From positions 124,001 to 188,000 of IMG/VR virus record IMGVR_UViG_3300020442_000005: a stretch of DNA of 64,000 nt. The stretch is one strand, 5' to 3'. Made by a program: the position numbers and the translations under genes. The notes below the pieces were generated by a model, which saw only the letters and a program-made list of their open reading frames with translations, was not told where the DNA came from and made no database searches. Shown piece after piece: positions 1-9,591 of this stretch. Positions within the stretch are counted from its first letter, which is position 1. Each line of letters opens with the position of its first letter.

Positions 1-572
1 AAGGTGGAGGTCTGTTTGCCGCAGACTATCCGTCAAACCAGAATTTGCTTGACGGCATGCCGGTAGAATATAGTGATACCATGGCTGAGTATGACGAAGT
101 GTCTGAGGAAGACCTAGATGAAATAGATCTTGAAAACATATCAGCAGAATATATCAAGCCATCACAGGTATCAAGTCGACAGAAAAACGTATTTGGAGAC
201 GATCTAATAAAGAAAAAAGATCGATCTGTGAAGAATGGATCACTTGAGACGCATATGCCGGATTTCTTAAAAATGACATCAACCGGTCGGGCAGGTAGAA
301 AACAGGATACTTTAAATAATCCATATGATACTGATTTCCTAAAAAATCCTTTTGGTAATCCGTTTACAGAGGGCAAAAAAAGTCTTGCAGATATAATTTT
401 AGGTGAACAAGAAGAACCTGATAATAATTATAATGGTTACAGACCAAGTTTAGATTATGCTATGCAAAGAACGTTGGAGTCAATGAATAAAAAGTTTGGA
501 AAGTTAAAGATACTAAAGGAAGATAAAGAATTAGAACTAGGCTTCGAATTGGAGGAAGACGATAATGACTAG
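1..572 (+). CDS. Partial CDS (5' end outside window); probably the acidic C-terminal extension of the portal protein (gp20-like)
   Basis: The frame is open from position 3 to the stop at 572. The sequence is acidic and low complexity. Identity is inferred only from its position upstream of the prohead protease and scaffold. Confidence 0.4.
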   Translation, partial: GGGLFAADYPSNQNLLDGMPVEYSDTMAEYDEVSEEDLDEIDLENISAEYIKPSQVSSRQKNVFGDDLIKKKDRSVKNGSLETHMPDFLKMTSTGRAGRKQDTLNNPYDTDFLKNPFGNPFTEGKKSLADIILGEQEEPDNNYNGYRPSLDYAMQRTLESMNKKFGKLKILKEDKELELGFELEEDDND

Positions 573-1407
573 AAAATCCCACAACAAAAAAAGAAATGTC
601 GGGATTATTTACGAGCAATTGATTTTGACTGTCTCGAAAGGAATTGTAAAAAATAATCCAAAGCTTGTTGAAAGCGCGAAAAGTATTATTAAAAAACATT
701 TTGTACCTGGCACCGAGCTATACAAAGAGCACAAACTCTTTCAAGCGCTTGTCAAACCACATATTGATAATGATTCGTTGGCAACATCAATTTTAGGCGA
801 GGCAAAAAAAGCAGCAAGAGCCCACGATTCGAATCGATTAGAACGTGAAAAATCACGACTCATAAGAGACATAAATCTAACTTTTGGAAAAGGCTTCTAT
901 GGTACACGTATCAAGGAATACAAGGAGTTTGCTACAGTACAGACGTTAATGAACGATTGGCGCCAAAATAGCACTAATATTCAGCGTATTGTTGAATATG
1001 AGCAAAAGGTACACAACATACTTACATCTGAAAAAACAGTAAAAACATTGTCTGAGCATAAATCACCTGATGCTGATAATCTTGTCGTAAAAATAATGAC
1101 AGAAAAATTTAATCAGAAATACGGTTCTAAACTTACTGATCAGCAAAGCATGCTTATAAAAAATTATGTAATGTCAGATAAGAAAATTAATTTTGAATCG
1201 ACACTCAATTCTATACGAGAAAACTGTATTAGAGAGTTAAATCGTTATTCAATCAACTGTGAATCATCAATAGTAAAAAGCAAAATAGATCCTGTCATTT
1301 TAGAACTAAAACAACTGGATACAGCAAATCTAAATGACGAAAACTTTAGCAAATTTATGACTTTGTGTCATTTGCAAAAAGAGCTTAAGGAGAGAACAAA
1401 TGGATAA
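565..1407 (+). CDS. Head-module protein, putative prohead core/assembly factor
   Basis: 280 aa helical ORF with an SD (GGAGG), overlapping both neighbours and lying between the putative portal and the protease. Confidence 0.5.
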   Translation: MTRKSHNKKRNVGIIYEQLILTVSKGIVKNNPKLVESAKSIIKKHFVPGTELYKEHKLFQALVKPHIDNDSLATSILGEAKKAARAHDSNRLEREKSRLIRDINLTFGKGFYGTRIKEYKEFATVQTLMNDWRQNSTNIQRIVEYEQKVHNILTSEKTVKTLSEHKSPDADNLVVKIMTEKFNQKYGSKLTDQQSMLIKNYVMSDKKINFESTLNSIRENCIRELNRYSINCESSIVKSKIDPVILELKQLDTANLNDENFSKFMTLCHLQKELKERTNG

Positions 1408-2011
1408 TGCCCTTAGATTATTACAGGAATGGAATGCTTTTTCATACGATAGAGAACAGATACTTGAGGAAAGAGCAACCAATGGCGGCCGGTATGTCAT
1501 GAGAGGCGTGCTGCAAAAATCCAACACGTTAAACCAAAACGGAAGAATATATCCGAAAGAAATATTAGAACGCGAAGTCCGAAATTATCAAAAGTTTATT
1601 GCAGAACGTAGAGCACTTGGTGAATTAGATCATCCAGAATCTTCAGTAGTTGAACTTAAAAACGCATCACACCTTGTAACTGAGGCTTACATGGAAGGGG
1701 ATATATGCTATGGAGTGGTTGAAATCCTTGATACACCGAGTGGAAAAATACTTAAATCACTTGTTGACGCAGGCGTTACTCTTGGTATTAGTTCTCGTGG
1801 TGTTGGGTCTACTCGACGTGAAGGTGACCACCAAGTGGTTCAAGATGATTTTCAGCTTATTTGTTGGGATTTTGTTAGTGAGCCATCTACTCCTGGGGCA
1901 TTCATGATGAAAGAAGGCCGTGAAATAAAAGAATCGGATTTAAAAAAATATTTTAATAAATCTGACAGAGTGGATAGAATACTTAACGATATTTTAGATT
2001 GGAGAAAATAA
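1400..2011 (+). CDS. Prohead core protease, T4 gp21-like
   Basis: Motifs NQNGRIYP, ALGELDHP, SHLVT, ILDTPSGKIL, GISSRGVGS and DFVSEPSTPGA; SD AAGGAG. Confidence 0.95.
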   Translation: MDNALRLLQEWNAFSYDREQILEERATNGGRYVMRGVLQKSNTLNQNGRIYPKEILEREVRNYQKFIAERRALGELDHPESSVVELKNASHLVTEAYMEGDICYGVVEILDTPSGKILKSLVDAGVTLGISSRGVGSTRREGDHQVVQDDFQLICWDFVSEPSTPGAFMMKEGREIKESDLKKYFNKSDRVDRILNDILDWRK

Positions 2012-2012
2012 A

Positions 2013-2381
2013 ATGGCTTATCAGGATATAGACCGAAGAAGGGAAGGCACAATTGGCTTTCCAAACGTTACTGGATCATTTGACCCAAACGCAATACCGT
2101 ATCAGTATGCGGGTACATACGGTTCTGAAACTCGTGTACAGTTTCCTTTTGAGTCCCAATGGATTCAGATTACTGCAATAACCTCCGATACTGTAAAGTA
2201 TGCTTTTCGTAATGGCGGTACAGGCGGCAGCAACTACGGAGCGGTTGGCGGTAATTCGACAACGCACATTATGTATATTAAAGCATCAGAAATATACGTT
2301 TTGAATGATGCAGCAATAACAGTGGGTATGTCACTTATTCCAAGCGGTACCAACACATACGATATGGACACAAGATACTAG
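2013..2381 (+). CDS. Hypothetical beta-rich virion protein
   Basis: 122 aa ORF with SD GGAG and a late-type motif ATACTTA at 1979. Confidence 0.55.
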   Translation: MAYQDIDRRREGTIGFPNVTGSFDPNAIPYQYAGTYGSETRVQFPFESQWIQITAITSDTVKYAFRNGGTGGSNYGAVGGNSTTHIMYIKASEIYVLNDAAITVGMSLIPSGTNTYDMDTRY

Positions 2382-2391
2382 GATGGAATAG

Positions 2392-2838
2392 ATGGCAAAA
2401 GTTAAACGTTCAGTTTTAAAACAGTTGATAAAAGAGTGTTTAGTTGAGATATTGGTTGAAGGAATTAGCGCTGACTCAAACATTGCTAATGCATTGGTCG
2501 AGGCGGCAACGCCTCGACCGTCTTCGAAAAATAACGATAATTATAAAAAGGAAGTCGAAAGAATTAATTCTCATCGCAAAAAGCTAGATGAAGTCAGGGT
2601 CAATGATCTGAACGAACAAATAATTAATAATGTTACGGAAGATCCAATGATGGCTGATATTTTTAGAGATACGGCCCAGACGACATTACAAGAACAAGGA
2701 ATGTCAAATAATGCCCGCGACGCTAGAAGGGTTCCAGCTGACGCTGCATCTCAGGCAGTTGCAAATAACGATCTAGAAGATTTGTTTGAGGGAGCTGGAA
2801 ACTGGGCGGCTCTAGCATTTAACAATAAGAGCAAGTAA
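2392..2838 (+). CDS. Putative internal head/prohead protein with a divergent leader (MAKVKRSVLKQLIKE...ILVE)
   Basis: The N-terminus resembles the shared MKITKRQLKRIIKE leader; the gene lies in the head module. Confidence 0.55.
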   Translation: MAKVKRSVLKQLIKECLVEILVEGISADSNIANALVEAATPRPSSKNNDNYKKEVERINSHRKKLDEVRVNDLNEQIINNVTEDPMMADIFRDTAQTTLQEQGMSNNARDARRVPADAASQAVANNDLEDLFEGAGNWAALAFNNKSK

Positions 2839-2897
2839 TAATCATTTTACGGCATACTTATTGTTGAGATTAATTTGCTAGTTTAGGAGATATTACC

Positions 2898-3173
2898 ATG
2901 GCAAGAAAAACAAAATCATTTGATCTAAAAGAGTTTATTTTACAAGAAGCCGCAAAACTTTCTGGCAAACCTACACCTGTCAGCAAAGTAAAGGCAAAAG
3001 AATATAAAGCTGGACAAGAAGCTTCTCAGCTTGAAAAGAATGTGAACCATGCCAAGCATCTTAAATTGAAAGAAGCTAAAATCAAGGCTGCTCACAAAAA
3101 ATTGGTACAAGAAATGAGACGTTTGCAAAAAAGAAAAGTTGCGTTAAAGAAAAAAATTATGAAGGACATATAA
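2898..3173 (+). CDS. Small Lys-rich coiled-coil head-module protein
   Basis: SD AGGAG; late-type motif at 2854; ILQE site near the N-terminus. Confidence 0.6.
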   Translation: MARKTKSFDLKEFILQEAAKLSGKPTPVSKVKAKEYKAGQEASQLEKNVNHAKHLKLKEAKIKAAHKKLVQEMRRLQKRKVALKKKIMKDI

Positions 3174-3199
3174 TTTAAATTGCAAACTGGAGAAAATAA

Positions 3200-3835
3200 A
3201 TGGGCGTCATAAACATAACAGATAAATCTCATCCGGAACAAGCCGGACGAGCACAGGAATCAATGCCATATCCAACTGGAATAGGAATAATTCCAGAGCC
3301 TTCTAATGTGTATGCGTTAGATATCAGGGGCAACGACATATCAGCCGTTGGTTCTGGAAACCAAGGCCGTAATCAGGATGTGTTAAATGCAGCATTCCCC
3401 GCTGAAACACTAGGCCTAAACACATATGATCCACTTGATTTATATAGAAAGCTCCTTGCCGGAGATCAGGCAATGGCTTTAGGTTCAAGTCCGGCGTTAG
3501 GCGCCGAAAAGTACATGGGCGCAAATTACGGCACGCATCACTTAACGCATGACCAGGCGCCAGATTTATCACAGGTTGCTATTGAAGATTTAAATATTCC
3601 TAACGCGTTTGTTCCAGATCTTGCCGCCGGCAAAGCTGGTACCAGTGCTAGTGATTACGCTGGTTCTCTTACGACAAACGGTATTAGAAATTCTTTTCCA
3701 CTTCCACAAAACGCTCAACCCACTGGCCTTGATTTAAATGCAGGAGACGGATCTTTGAATCCTGCTTCTACTCGAACAAGACTTGGTGATTGGACCAGGC
3801 CGACATTAGGAAGATGGAACAGCGATGATGATTAA
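3200..3835 (+). CDS. Hypothetical protein (head module)
   Basis: 211 aa ORF with SD GGAG. Confidence 0.6.
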   Translation: MGVINITDKSHPEQAGRAQESMPYPTGIGIIPEPSNVYALDIRGNDISAVGSGNQGRNQDVLNAAFPAETLGLNTYDPLDLYRKLLAGDQAMALGSSPALGAEKYMGANYGTHHLTHDQAPDLSQVAIEDLNIPNAFVPDLAAGKAGTSASDYAGSLTTNGIRNSFPLPQNAQPTGLDLNAGDGSLNPASTRTRLGDWTRPTLGRWNSDDD

Positions 3836-3849
3836 GGTCGTATAGTTAA

Positions 3850-4350
3850 ATGGCTTTTCCAAAAGATGCTAGATCGGATTTAGGTTTTGCAAGACTAGCA
3901 AAATCACCAATGCAGAGAGGAATGGTTGGCTCAAATAGCTGGCCATTCCTTGATGATTTTGAAGAACCTGAATATACCGACGATGAGTTAGAATTAAAGG
4001 ACATGATACAAAACAAAATGTTACCGCCTGTATCTGACTATGGCGACATGTCCGGACTTGACAGATCTGCGTATCACGATATTATAAAAGTAGAAGCTGT
4101 GGCTTCGGGGCTTTCACCCTTTCCTAACATGTATAAAAAAAGAGATGGCCATTTGGGTAGATCTAGCAAATCCATAGCCAGCACACATGCGCACGGTTTT
4201 AGAGTAGAAAAAGAGTTTTCTGGGCATAAGTATAGTAGTGAGCCTTTACCTGATGAAGATGAGCCTGTATACTCATTAAAAGATTTGGCTTTAAAGCAAT
4301 TAAGAGAATGTATAAAGAATATGATTTTGGATTATTATGAGCAAATTTAA
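3850..4350 (+). CDS. Hypothetical protein (head module)
   Basis: 166 aa ORF; the C-terminal LKQLRECIKNMIL resembles the shared leader helix. Confidence 0.55.
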   Translation: MAFPKDARSDLGFARLAKSPMQRGMVGSNSWPFLDDFEEPEYTDDELELKDMIQNKMLPPVSDYGDMSGLDRSAYHDIIKVEAVASGLSPFPNMYKKRDGHLGRSSKSIASTHAHGFRVEKEFSGHKYSSEPLPDEDEPVYSLKDLALKQLRECIKNMILDYYEQI

Positions 4351-4555
4351 TTTTCAAGTGAAAGCAAACCCGAAAGCGAAAGATCAATCGGTCGAGAGCC
4401 AAAAGGTAATTAGAAAGTTTTTGCAAAAGTGGAAAAAATCTGGACTCTTAAAAGAATTAAGAGACCGGCAATATCCAGTGACACGTGGACAAAAGGCTAG
4501 AAAGAAAAAAATGGCCGGGAAAAGACGTACTCAAAGAAGATTGAAAAAAAAGTAA
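4337..4555 (+). CDS. rpsU: Phage-encoded ribosomal protein bS21 homolog
   Basis: 72 aa, very basic. The segment ESQKVIRKFLQKWKKSGLLKELRDRQY...KARKKK matches the bS21 pattern (E-x-x-x-x-LRRFKR-x-x-x-x-G-I-L-x-E-x-R-x-R-x-Y), though divergent. Confidence 0.72.
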   Translation: MSKFNFQVKANPKAKDQSVESQKVIRKFLQKWKKSGLLKELRDRQYPVTRGQKARKKKMAGKRRTQRRLKKK

Positions 4556-4605
4556 TCCTTGCAAAATAACAACATAATTATGAAAAGATAACATGGAGAC
4601 AAATC

Positions 4606-6345
4606 ATGAGTGGTAATTTGTATGATCAAGCAATCGCAGACGCAAAAAAACTCAAAGAGTTGGCGGAAAAAAACGCTACCAATAAAATAATTGAGTCAAT
4701 CGCGCCAAAAATTAGATTGCTTATTGAGCAAGAAATCGACGATGAATTAGATTTAAGTGATTCTGATACCAGCGGTCTAGATGACGACATGGAAGATTTA
4801 GATGCAATGCTTGGTTCATCAACTGCTGCTGAATCACTAGGAATGACCGATATGGAGACTGCGGGTATGCCAATGCAGCCGGATCCGATCGAGCCTGTTC
4901 AGCAAATTAATTTAGAAGATGATGATGACGAAGACGAAAAAAACGTCACAGTAAATATTACAGTCGAGTCCAGACTTGACCGTAGAGCAAAAATGTTTAG
5001 AAAGAAAGCCGTAGACTTAGTAATTAAACTTAAGGAAGCAAAAAACACACGGCAAAAAAATAAAATCTTGCGTGAGTTATCAACAATAAAAGAAAGTTTA
5101 GTGCTTACAAATGAAGCTGATAAGAAACTCAACACAGAAATAAACGAAGTTCTTAAGGAGAGCAAAAAAATGTCAAAAAATAAAAAATCATGGATTAACG
5201 AAAACTCTTGGTGGTTGTTTGAAGCTGAAGAGGGTGAAGACGAATTAGATCTCGACCTTGGGGACGAAGACGAAGACGAGGAAGAAGGCGAAGAGGATAT
5301 CGACGTTGGCGCTATTAAGTCGGCTGTAGAAGATCTTGCTGGAGCTATCGGTCTTGAAGTTGCTGAGGGTGGCGAAGACGAAGAAGACGAAGACGAGGAT
5401 GAAGACGAAGAATTAGATCTTGATCTTGACGAAATGGATAAGATGTATGATGCTGATTATAACAATGAAGCTGATTATAACAACGAAGCTGATTATAACA
5501 ACGAAATGCATCACATGAAAGAAGCTGATAAAGATATGGATGAGGCTGATGACATGGATGAAGATGAAATGATTGAAATCAATGAATCTGCTATTCGTAG
5601 AGAACTTGCTCGCATGACTGGCGGCCGCTCTAATCGTCCAACTCGTAGATCACGTATGGCTGAATCACGTCGACGCCGTTTGGCAAGAAGACGCCGTCTT
5701 TCTGAAATGGGTGATCCATTATCAGCACAAGCAAACTTTGGTGGCTCAAGTGAAGTTATCGAAGTAGACGAAGAAACTTTAATTAATGCATTGGCAGAGG
5801 AACTCGGTAGTTCTGACGGTTTAGACCTCAATCCAGATGGAAGTGGAGATGCTTCAAAGATGGCTGGTCACTTTGGCGGAGGATCTGTTGGACGTCAACA
5901 AGTCTCCGAATCACGCCGTCGACGTCGTCAAAGAAGATTGTCTGAATCAAGACGACAACGCCAAGCTGATAATCAAAGAAGAGAACTCATGGAAGCTAAA
6001 AAAGCTGCAGCTGCAGCTAAGAAAGAACTCAATGAGTCAAATCTGTTCAATGCCAAATTACTTTACGTTAATAAGTTAATGCAACAACACGACTTGAACG
6101 CTAAGCAACAACGTGCAATTGTCGAGGCCCTAGATAATGCCAAGACGCAAAGAGAAGCTAAGCTATTATACACTAGCCTAACCGAAAGCCTTCGAAGAAG
6201 AGCTCAGTCTAAGACTGGAACTTCTAGTTTAAATGAAGGATTGGTACGCGGCGGTTCCGCAAGTAGCCCTGCCCGGTCATCAGCACCGGCTAAGTCAAGC
6301 ACGGGTTTGGATCGTTGGGCCACTTTGGCAGGTATCAAGAAGTAA
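4606..6345 (+). CDS. Prohead core scaffold protein (gp22-like)
   Basis: Directly upstream of the major capsid gene. It has AIADAKKLKELAE, long acidic tracts, many (L/I)-x-E sites, LNESNLFNAKLLYVNKL and a C-terminal RWATLAGI. Confidence 0.85.
   Translation: MSGNLYDQAIADAKKLKELAEKNATNKIIESIAPKIRLLIEQEIDDELDLSDSDTSGLDDDMEDLDAMLGSSTAAESLGMTDMETAGMPMQPDPIEPVQQINLEDDDDEDEKNVTVNITVESRLDRRAKMFRKKAVDLVIKLKEAKNTRQKNKILRELSTIKESLVLTNEADKKLNTEINEVLKESKKMSKNKKSWINENSWWLFEAEEGEDELDLDLGDEDEDEEEGEEDIDVGAIKSAVEDLAGAIGLEVAEGGEDEEDEDEDEDEELDLDLDEMDKMYDADYNNEADYNNEADYNNEMHHMKEADKDMDEADDMDEDEMIEINESAIRRELARMTGGRSNRPTRRSRMAESRRRRLARRRRLSEMGDPLSAQANFGGSSEVIEVDEETLINALAEELGSSDGLDLNPDGSGDASKMAGHFGGGSVGRQQVSESRRRRRQRRLSESRRQRQADNQRRELMEAKKAAAAAKKELNESNLFNAKLLYVNKLMQQHDLNAKQQRAIVEALDNAKTQREAKLLYTSLTESLRRRAQSKTGTSSLNEGLVRGGSASSPARSSAPAKSSTGLDRWATLAGIKK
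5452..5505 (+). repeat. Three 18-bp in-frame tandem repeats (GCTGATTATAACAAYGAA; ADYNNE x3) in the scaffold gene
   Basis: Read directly at 5452, 5470 and 5488. Confidence 0.95.
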
Positions 6346-6392
6346 TCAACTAATAATAAACAAGACAAATAAACTTTAAAGGAGTATTAATC

Positions 6393-8372
6393 ATGTCTTT
6401 TACATTAAATCAGTTGACCGAAGGTATCCGTCAGCGTCATATGGGCGCTCAACACCAACGGTTGACAGAAAAGTGGAACCGAACTGGTCTACTTAGAGGT
6501 CTTCAAGACCAATCACGCGAGAACATGGCTGTTCTTTTGGAAAACCAAGCCGCTCAAGTTCTTCGCGAAGCAAACACACTCGGTGGTACTACCAACGCAA
6601 CATCTGGAAACGCATCAGGTGATATCCGTGGATTCCAAAACATCGCATTTCCAATCGTTCGTCGTGTATTCGGTGGATTGGTTGCTAATGACCTTGTTTC
6701 TATCCAACCAATGTCTCTTCCAAGTGGACTTTTGTTCTACTTAGATTACACATACGGATCTTCAAACGGTGAAGTTGACACAGGCTCAGGTACTGATGCA
6801 GCTACTTATGCTGCAGGTCAATCGATCTACAACTCTCCAACTGGTAAATCAATCCAAGAAGGATCTTTTGCTGTTGGTGGTCAATACGATTTAGCTGGAT
6901 CTGGTTTCTCTCGTCGTCATGCTGAAGTTGAATTATCAGGTCACTCTGGTGAAACTACTGCTATTGAGTTTGGTATTATTAACCAGTCTGGTAAGTGGGA
7001 AAAAGGTAACATCATCACAGCTGTAGGATCATTGACCGGTGCTTCTGGTCGATTCATGCAGTTTGACCCACAGGTAACTACAGCTCTTGAAAACGGTACT
7101 ATCTCTCACGTACAATTTGCACGTGTTGATGTAGGCTACTTGTCAGGCTCTGGTTTCCAAGCTGATCTTACTCTTATCAAGGATGTAGCTCTTTCTATGG
7201 ATGACGCTTCGACTCTTGAAGAGGACGGTGTGGCTCCTGAAGTCGTACCTGCATCATTTCAAGCTGGAAACGGAATCCGTAACTTGCGTCGCTTGAATCA
7301 GTTGGTAACTATTCCATCTGCCACAAACGTTGTTTCTGCGGCTCCTTTAGCGACTACTAGCACATCAAATGCATTCGTTCTTATGACACTTATCGGTACA
7401 GGTTCTGCTTCTAGAACTGCAACTGGTGCTGGTGGTGCTCTTCACGGTGGTGACGCTGATGATGATTTGAACATATCATTTGTTCTTGGATCAAACCTTG
7501 ACGTTGATAACACAATCGGCGATGCACTTACTATCCCTGCTTTCGAGTCTAACTTGGCTGCAAACGGTGCTTCTGTATCTCCAGTTATTCCTGAAATCGA
7601 CATCAAGATTGAATCTTTGTCTGTAACTGCTGTAACTCGTAAGTTGCGTGCACGATGGTCTCCAGAGCTTGCTCAAGACTTGAACGCATACCACTCATTG
7701 GATGCAGAAGTTGAATTGACTCAGATCCTTTCTGAGCAAATCGCTCTTGAACTTGATCGCGAAATCTTGAACGACTTGTTGACACAAGCTAACGGTGCTA
7801 ACTTCTTCTGGTCACGTGCTCCTGGTAAGTTCGTAAACAAAGAAACTGGCGCTGCTGCTAACAAGGCTTCTTCATTGGCCGGCGGTCCTGCATTCACTGG
7901 TACAGTACGCGAATGGTACGAGACTTTGGTTGAAACCATCATCGACGCTTCTAACACAATCCATCGTAAGACTCTTCGTGGATCTGCTAACTTCATCGTG
8001 GTTGGACCTGATGTTGCTACAATCCTTGAAAGCTCTGTATTGTACAAGCCTGTTTACAGCCTTGACGGTGACGGACAAGTTGGTGCTGGAATGACTATCG
8101 GTGCTGAAAAAGTTGGTTCATTGTCTAACCGTTTCACAGTGTACAAAGATCCTTACTTCCCACGTAACAAGATTCTTATCGGTTACAAAGGTGGATCTTA
8201 CCTTGAAACTGGTTACGTCTATGCTCCATACGTACCTCTGATCGTAACTCCAACAATCTTTGCTCCTGAGGACTTCACTCCTCGTAAGGGTGTAATGACT
8301 CGTTACGGTAAGAAAATGGTTCGTTCGGACTTCTACGGAACTGTAACTTGTTTGGATATGAACATTATCTAA
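6393..8372 (+). CDS. Major capsid protein, T4 gp23-like, with a large central insertion
   Basis: Motifs LLENQ, FPIVRRVF, VSIQPMSLPSGLLFYL, RKLRARWSPELAQDLNAYH, LSEQIALELDREIL, YAPYVPL and PRKGVMTRYG. Confidence 0.97.
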   Translation: MSFTLNQLTEGIRQRHMGAQHQRLTEKWNRTGLLRGLQDQSRENMAVLLENQAAQVLREANTLGGTTNATSGNASGDIRGFQNIAFPIVRRVFGGLVANDLVSIQPMSLPSGLLFYLDYTYGSSNGEVDTGSGTDAATYAAGQSIYNSPTGKSIQEGSFAVGGQYDLAGSGFSRRHAEVELSGHSGETTAIEFGIINQSGKWEKGNIITAVGSLTGASGRFMQFDPQVTTALENGTISHVQFARVDVGYLSGSGFQADLTLIKDVALSMDDASTLEEDGVAPEVVPASFQAGNGIRNLRRLNQLVTIPSATNVVSAAPLATTSTSNAFVLMTLIGTGSASRTATGAGGALHGGDADDDLNISFVLGSNLDVDNTIGDALTIPAFESNLAANGASVSPVIPEIDIKIESLSVTAVTRKLRARWSPELAQDLNAYHSLDAEVELTQILSEQIALELDREILNDLLTQANGANFFWSRAPGKFVNKETGAAANKASSLAGGPAFTGTVREWYETLVETIIDASNTIHRKTLRGSANFIVVGPDVATILESSVLYKPVYSLDGDGQVGAGMTIGAEKVGSLSNRFTVYKDPYFPRNKILIGYKGGSYLETGYVYAPYVPLIVTPTIFAPEDFTPRKGVMTRYGKKMVRSDFYGTVTCLDMNII

Positions 8373-8397
8373 TCTGATTAGAGTGTTCTAAACAGCG

Positions 8398-8431
8398 GGG
8401 CGGCGTGTCTTTTGACCGCCGCCCTTTTTTA
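8398..8431 (+). terminator. Rho-independent terminator after the capsid gene
   Basis: GGGCGGCG-loop-CGCCGCCC followed by a T run. Confidence 0.9.
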
Positions 8432-8444
8432 TTAAAGGTGCAAA

Positions 8445-8753
8445 ATGAAAATATCAAAAAGACAACTTAAAAGAATTATTAGAGAAGAAAAGGCCCGAAT
8501 CCTTGAAGAAACCAAGTCCTTTGACCGATCGGACGCTCACTACGTTGGCGGCGTAAAAATGACTGGACCAGGCGCTGATACTATTTTTGGCACAAAAAAG
8601 CGTGACGATAGATCGATCGAAAACAAGATCATGAGTATGGGCCCAGAACAACACCGCGATCTGATTGCTTTTATCTTTGAAAAAGCGCAATATACCTTAG
8701 GGCTTGACGGATTAGAGGATGCGATTGCAGAAGCTATGGATAAATTACGATAA
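8445..8753 (+). CDS. Leader-family protein (MKISKRQLKRIIREEKARILEE), putative internal head protein
   Basis: Shared N-terminal leader; unique C-terminus. Confidence 0.75.
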   Translation: MKISKRQLKRIIREEKARILEETKSFDRSDAHYVGGVKMTGPGADTIFGTKKRDDRSIENKIMSMGPEQHRDLIAFIFEKAQYTLGLDGLEDAIAEAMDKLR

Positions 8754-8763
8754 GAGTTAGAAA

Positions 8764-9174
8764 GTGAAAATTACAAGAAAACAGTTACGGTATATTATCA
8801 AAGAAGCTACTCGAAAAGGAAAATCTAAAAAGAGAGGTTTCAAGATAAAATTTGATATGGGTGATAAACTGGTGTGTCCTCACAGCCCAGAATCAATGCC
8901 AGCTGGTTTCGCTCATCCTCAAGGTCTTTCTGGTGTTATAAAACGAAAAGAAGTCTCGCGGGGTAAAGGTATCATGTACTATAAGCTTATCATCGGTGGA
9001 AAGACTTTTGAGGGCGAGTTTAGTGGTTATGGATATGCTTCACGCGGTATTGACGATTTTGGTCCATTTTCCATGAGACTTAAACAAGAACACCGAAACA
9101 TTCCAATGCCGTTGCATGAACCTCAAATAGTATTCGCCTGGGCAAATGGTGATTTAAAAATTTTTGATGTATAG
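8764..9174 (+). CDS. Leader-family protein (MKITRKQLRYIIKEA) with a possible SH3/KOW-like cargo
   Basis: GTG start; shared leader; FDMGDKLV followed by beta-rich sequence. Confidence 0.7.
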   Translation: MKITRKQLRYIIKEATRKGKSKKRGFKIKFDMGDKLVCPHSPESMPAGFAHPQGLSGVIKRKEVSRGKGIMYYKLIIGGKTFEGEFSGYGYASRGIDDFGPFSMRLKQEHRNIPMPLHEPQIVFAWANGDLKIFDV

Positions 9175-9185
9175 TGAGAAAAATA

Positions 9186-9581
9186 ATGAAAATTACAAAA
9201 AGACAACTTAAAAAAATTATTAAAGAAGAATACTCGCGGTTAAAGCAACAGGGTCTGATTACAGAAACGAGGATGTCATCAGGCAGATTAATTGTTAGTC
9301 AAGTTAATCAGCTTAAGCAAGCATATTTTATTCTAGATCCTGAAAGAAATTACGATCGGCAGTCTATAATAGAACAACAAAAAGTAGTTGAAAGACTTAA
9401 ATCAGAAATGAATCCACGAGATTTTAAAATTGCATCACGGATGGCAGATATATATGTTGAATACTTAGGAACTGATTTTGGAGGCGGTGGCAGGATGACG
9501 CCATACGAAGAGGCGTTGTTTGACGAGGCCGAAGCGCTTGGATCTAAGATTGGTGTATCTGCTCAAGTATTATTCAGGTAA
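9186..9581 (+). CDS. Leader-family protein, long leader (MKITKRQLKKIIKEEYSRLKQQGLITE)
   Basis: Start reassigned from 9174 to the ATG at 9186, where the leader begins. Confidence 0.75.
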   Translation: MKITKRQLKKIIKEEYSRLKQQGLITETRMSSGRLIVSQVNQLKQAYFILDPERNYDRQSIIEQQKVVERLKSEMNPRDFKIASRMADIYVEYLGTDFGGGGRMTPYEEALFDEAEALGSKIGVSAQVLFR

Positions 9582-9591
9582 GGACACCAAA

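Noticed and set aside
5452-5505. Possible CRISPR-like repeat
   Set aside because: Contiguous 18-bp in-frame coding repeats with no spacers.
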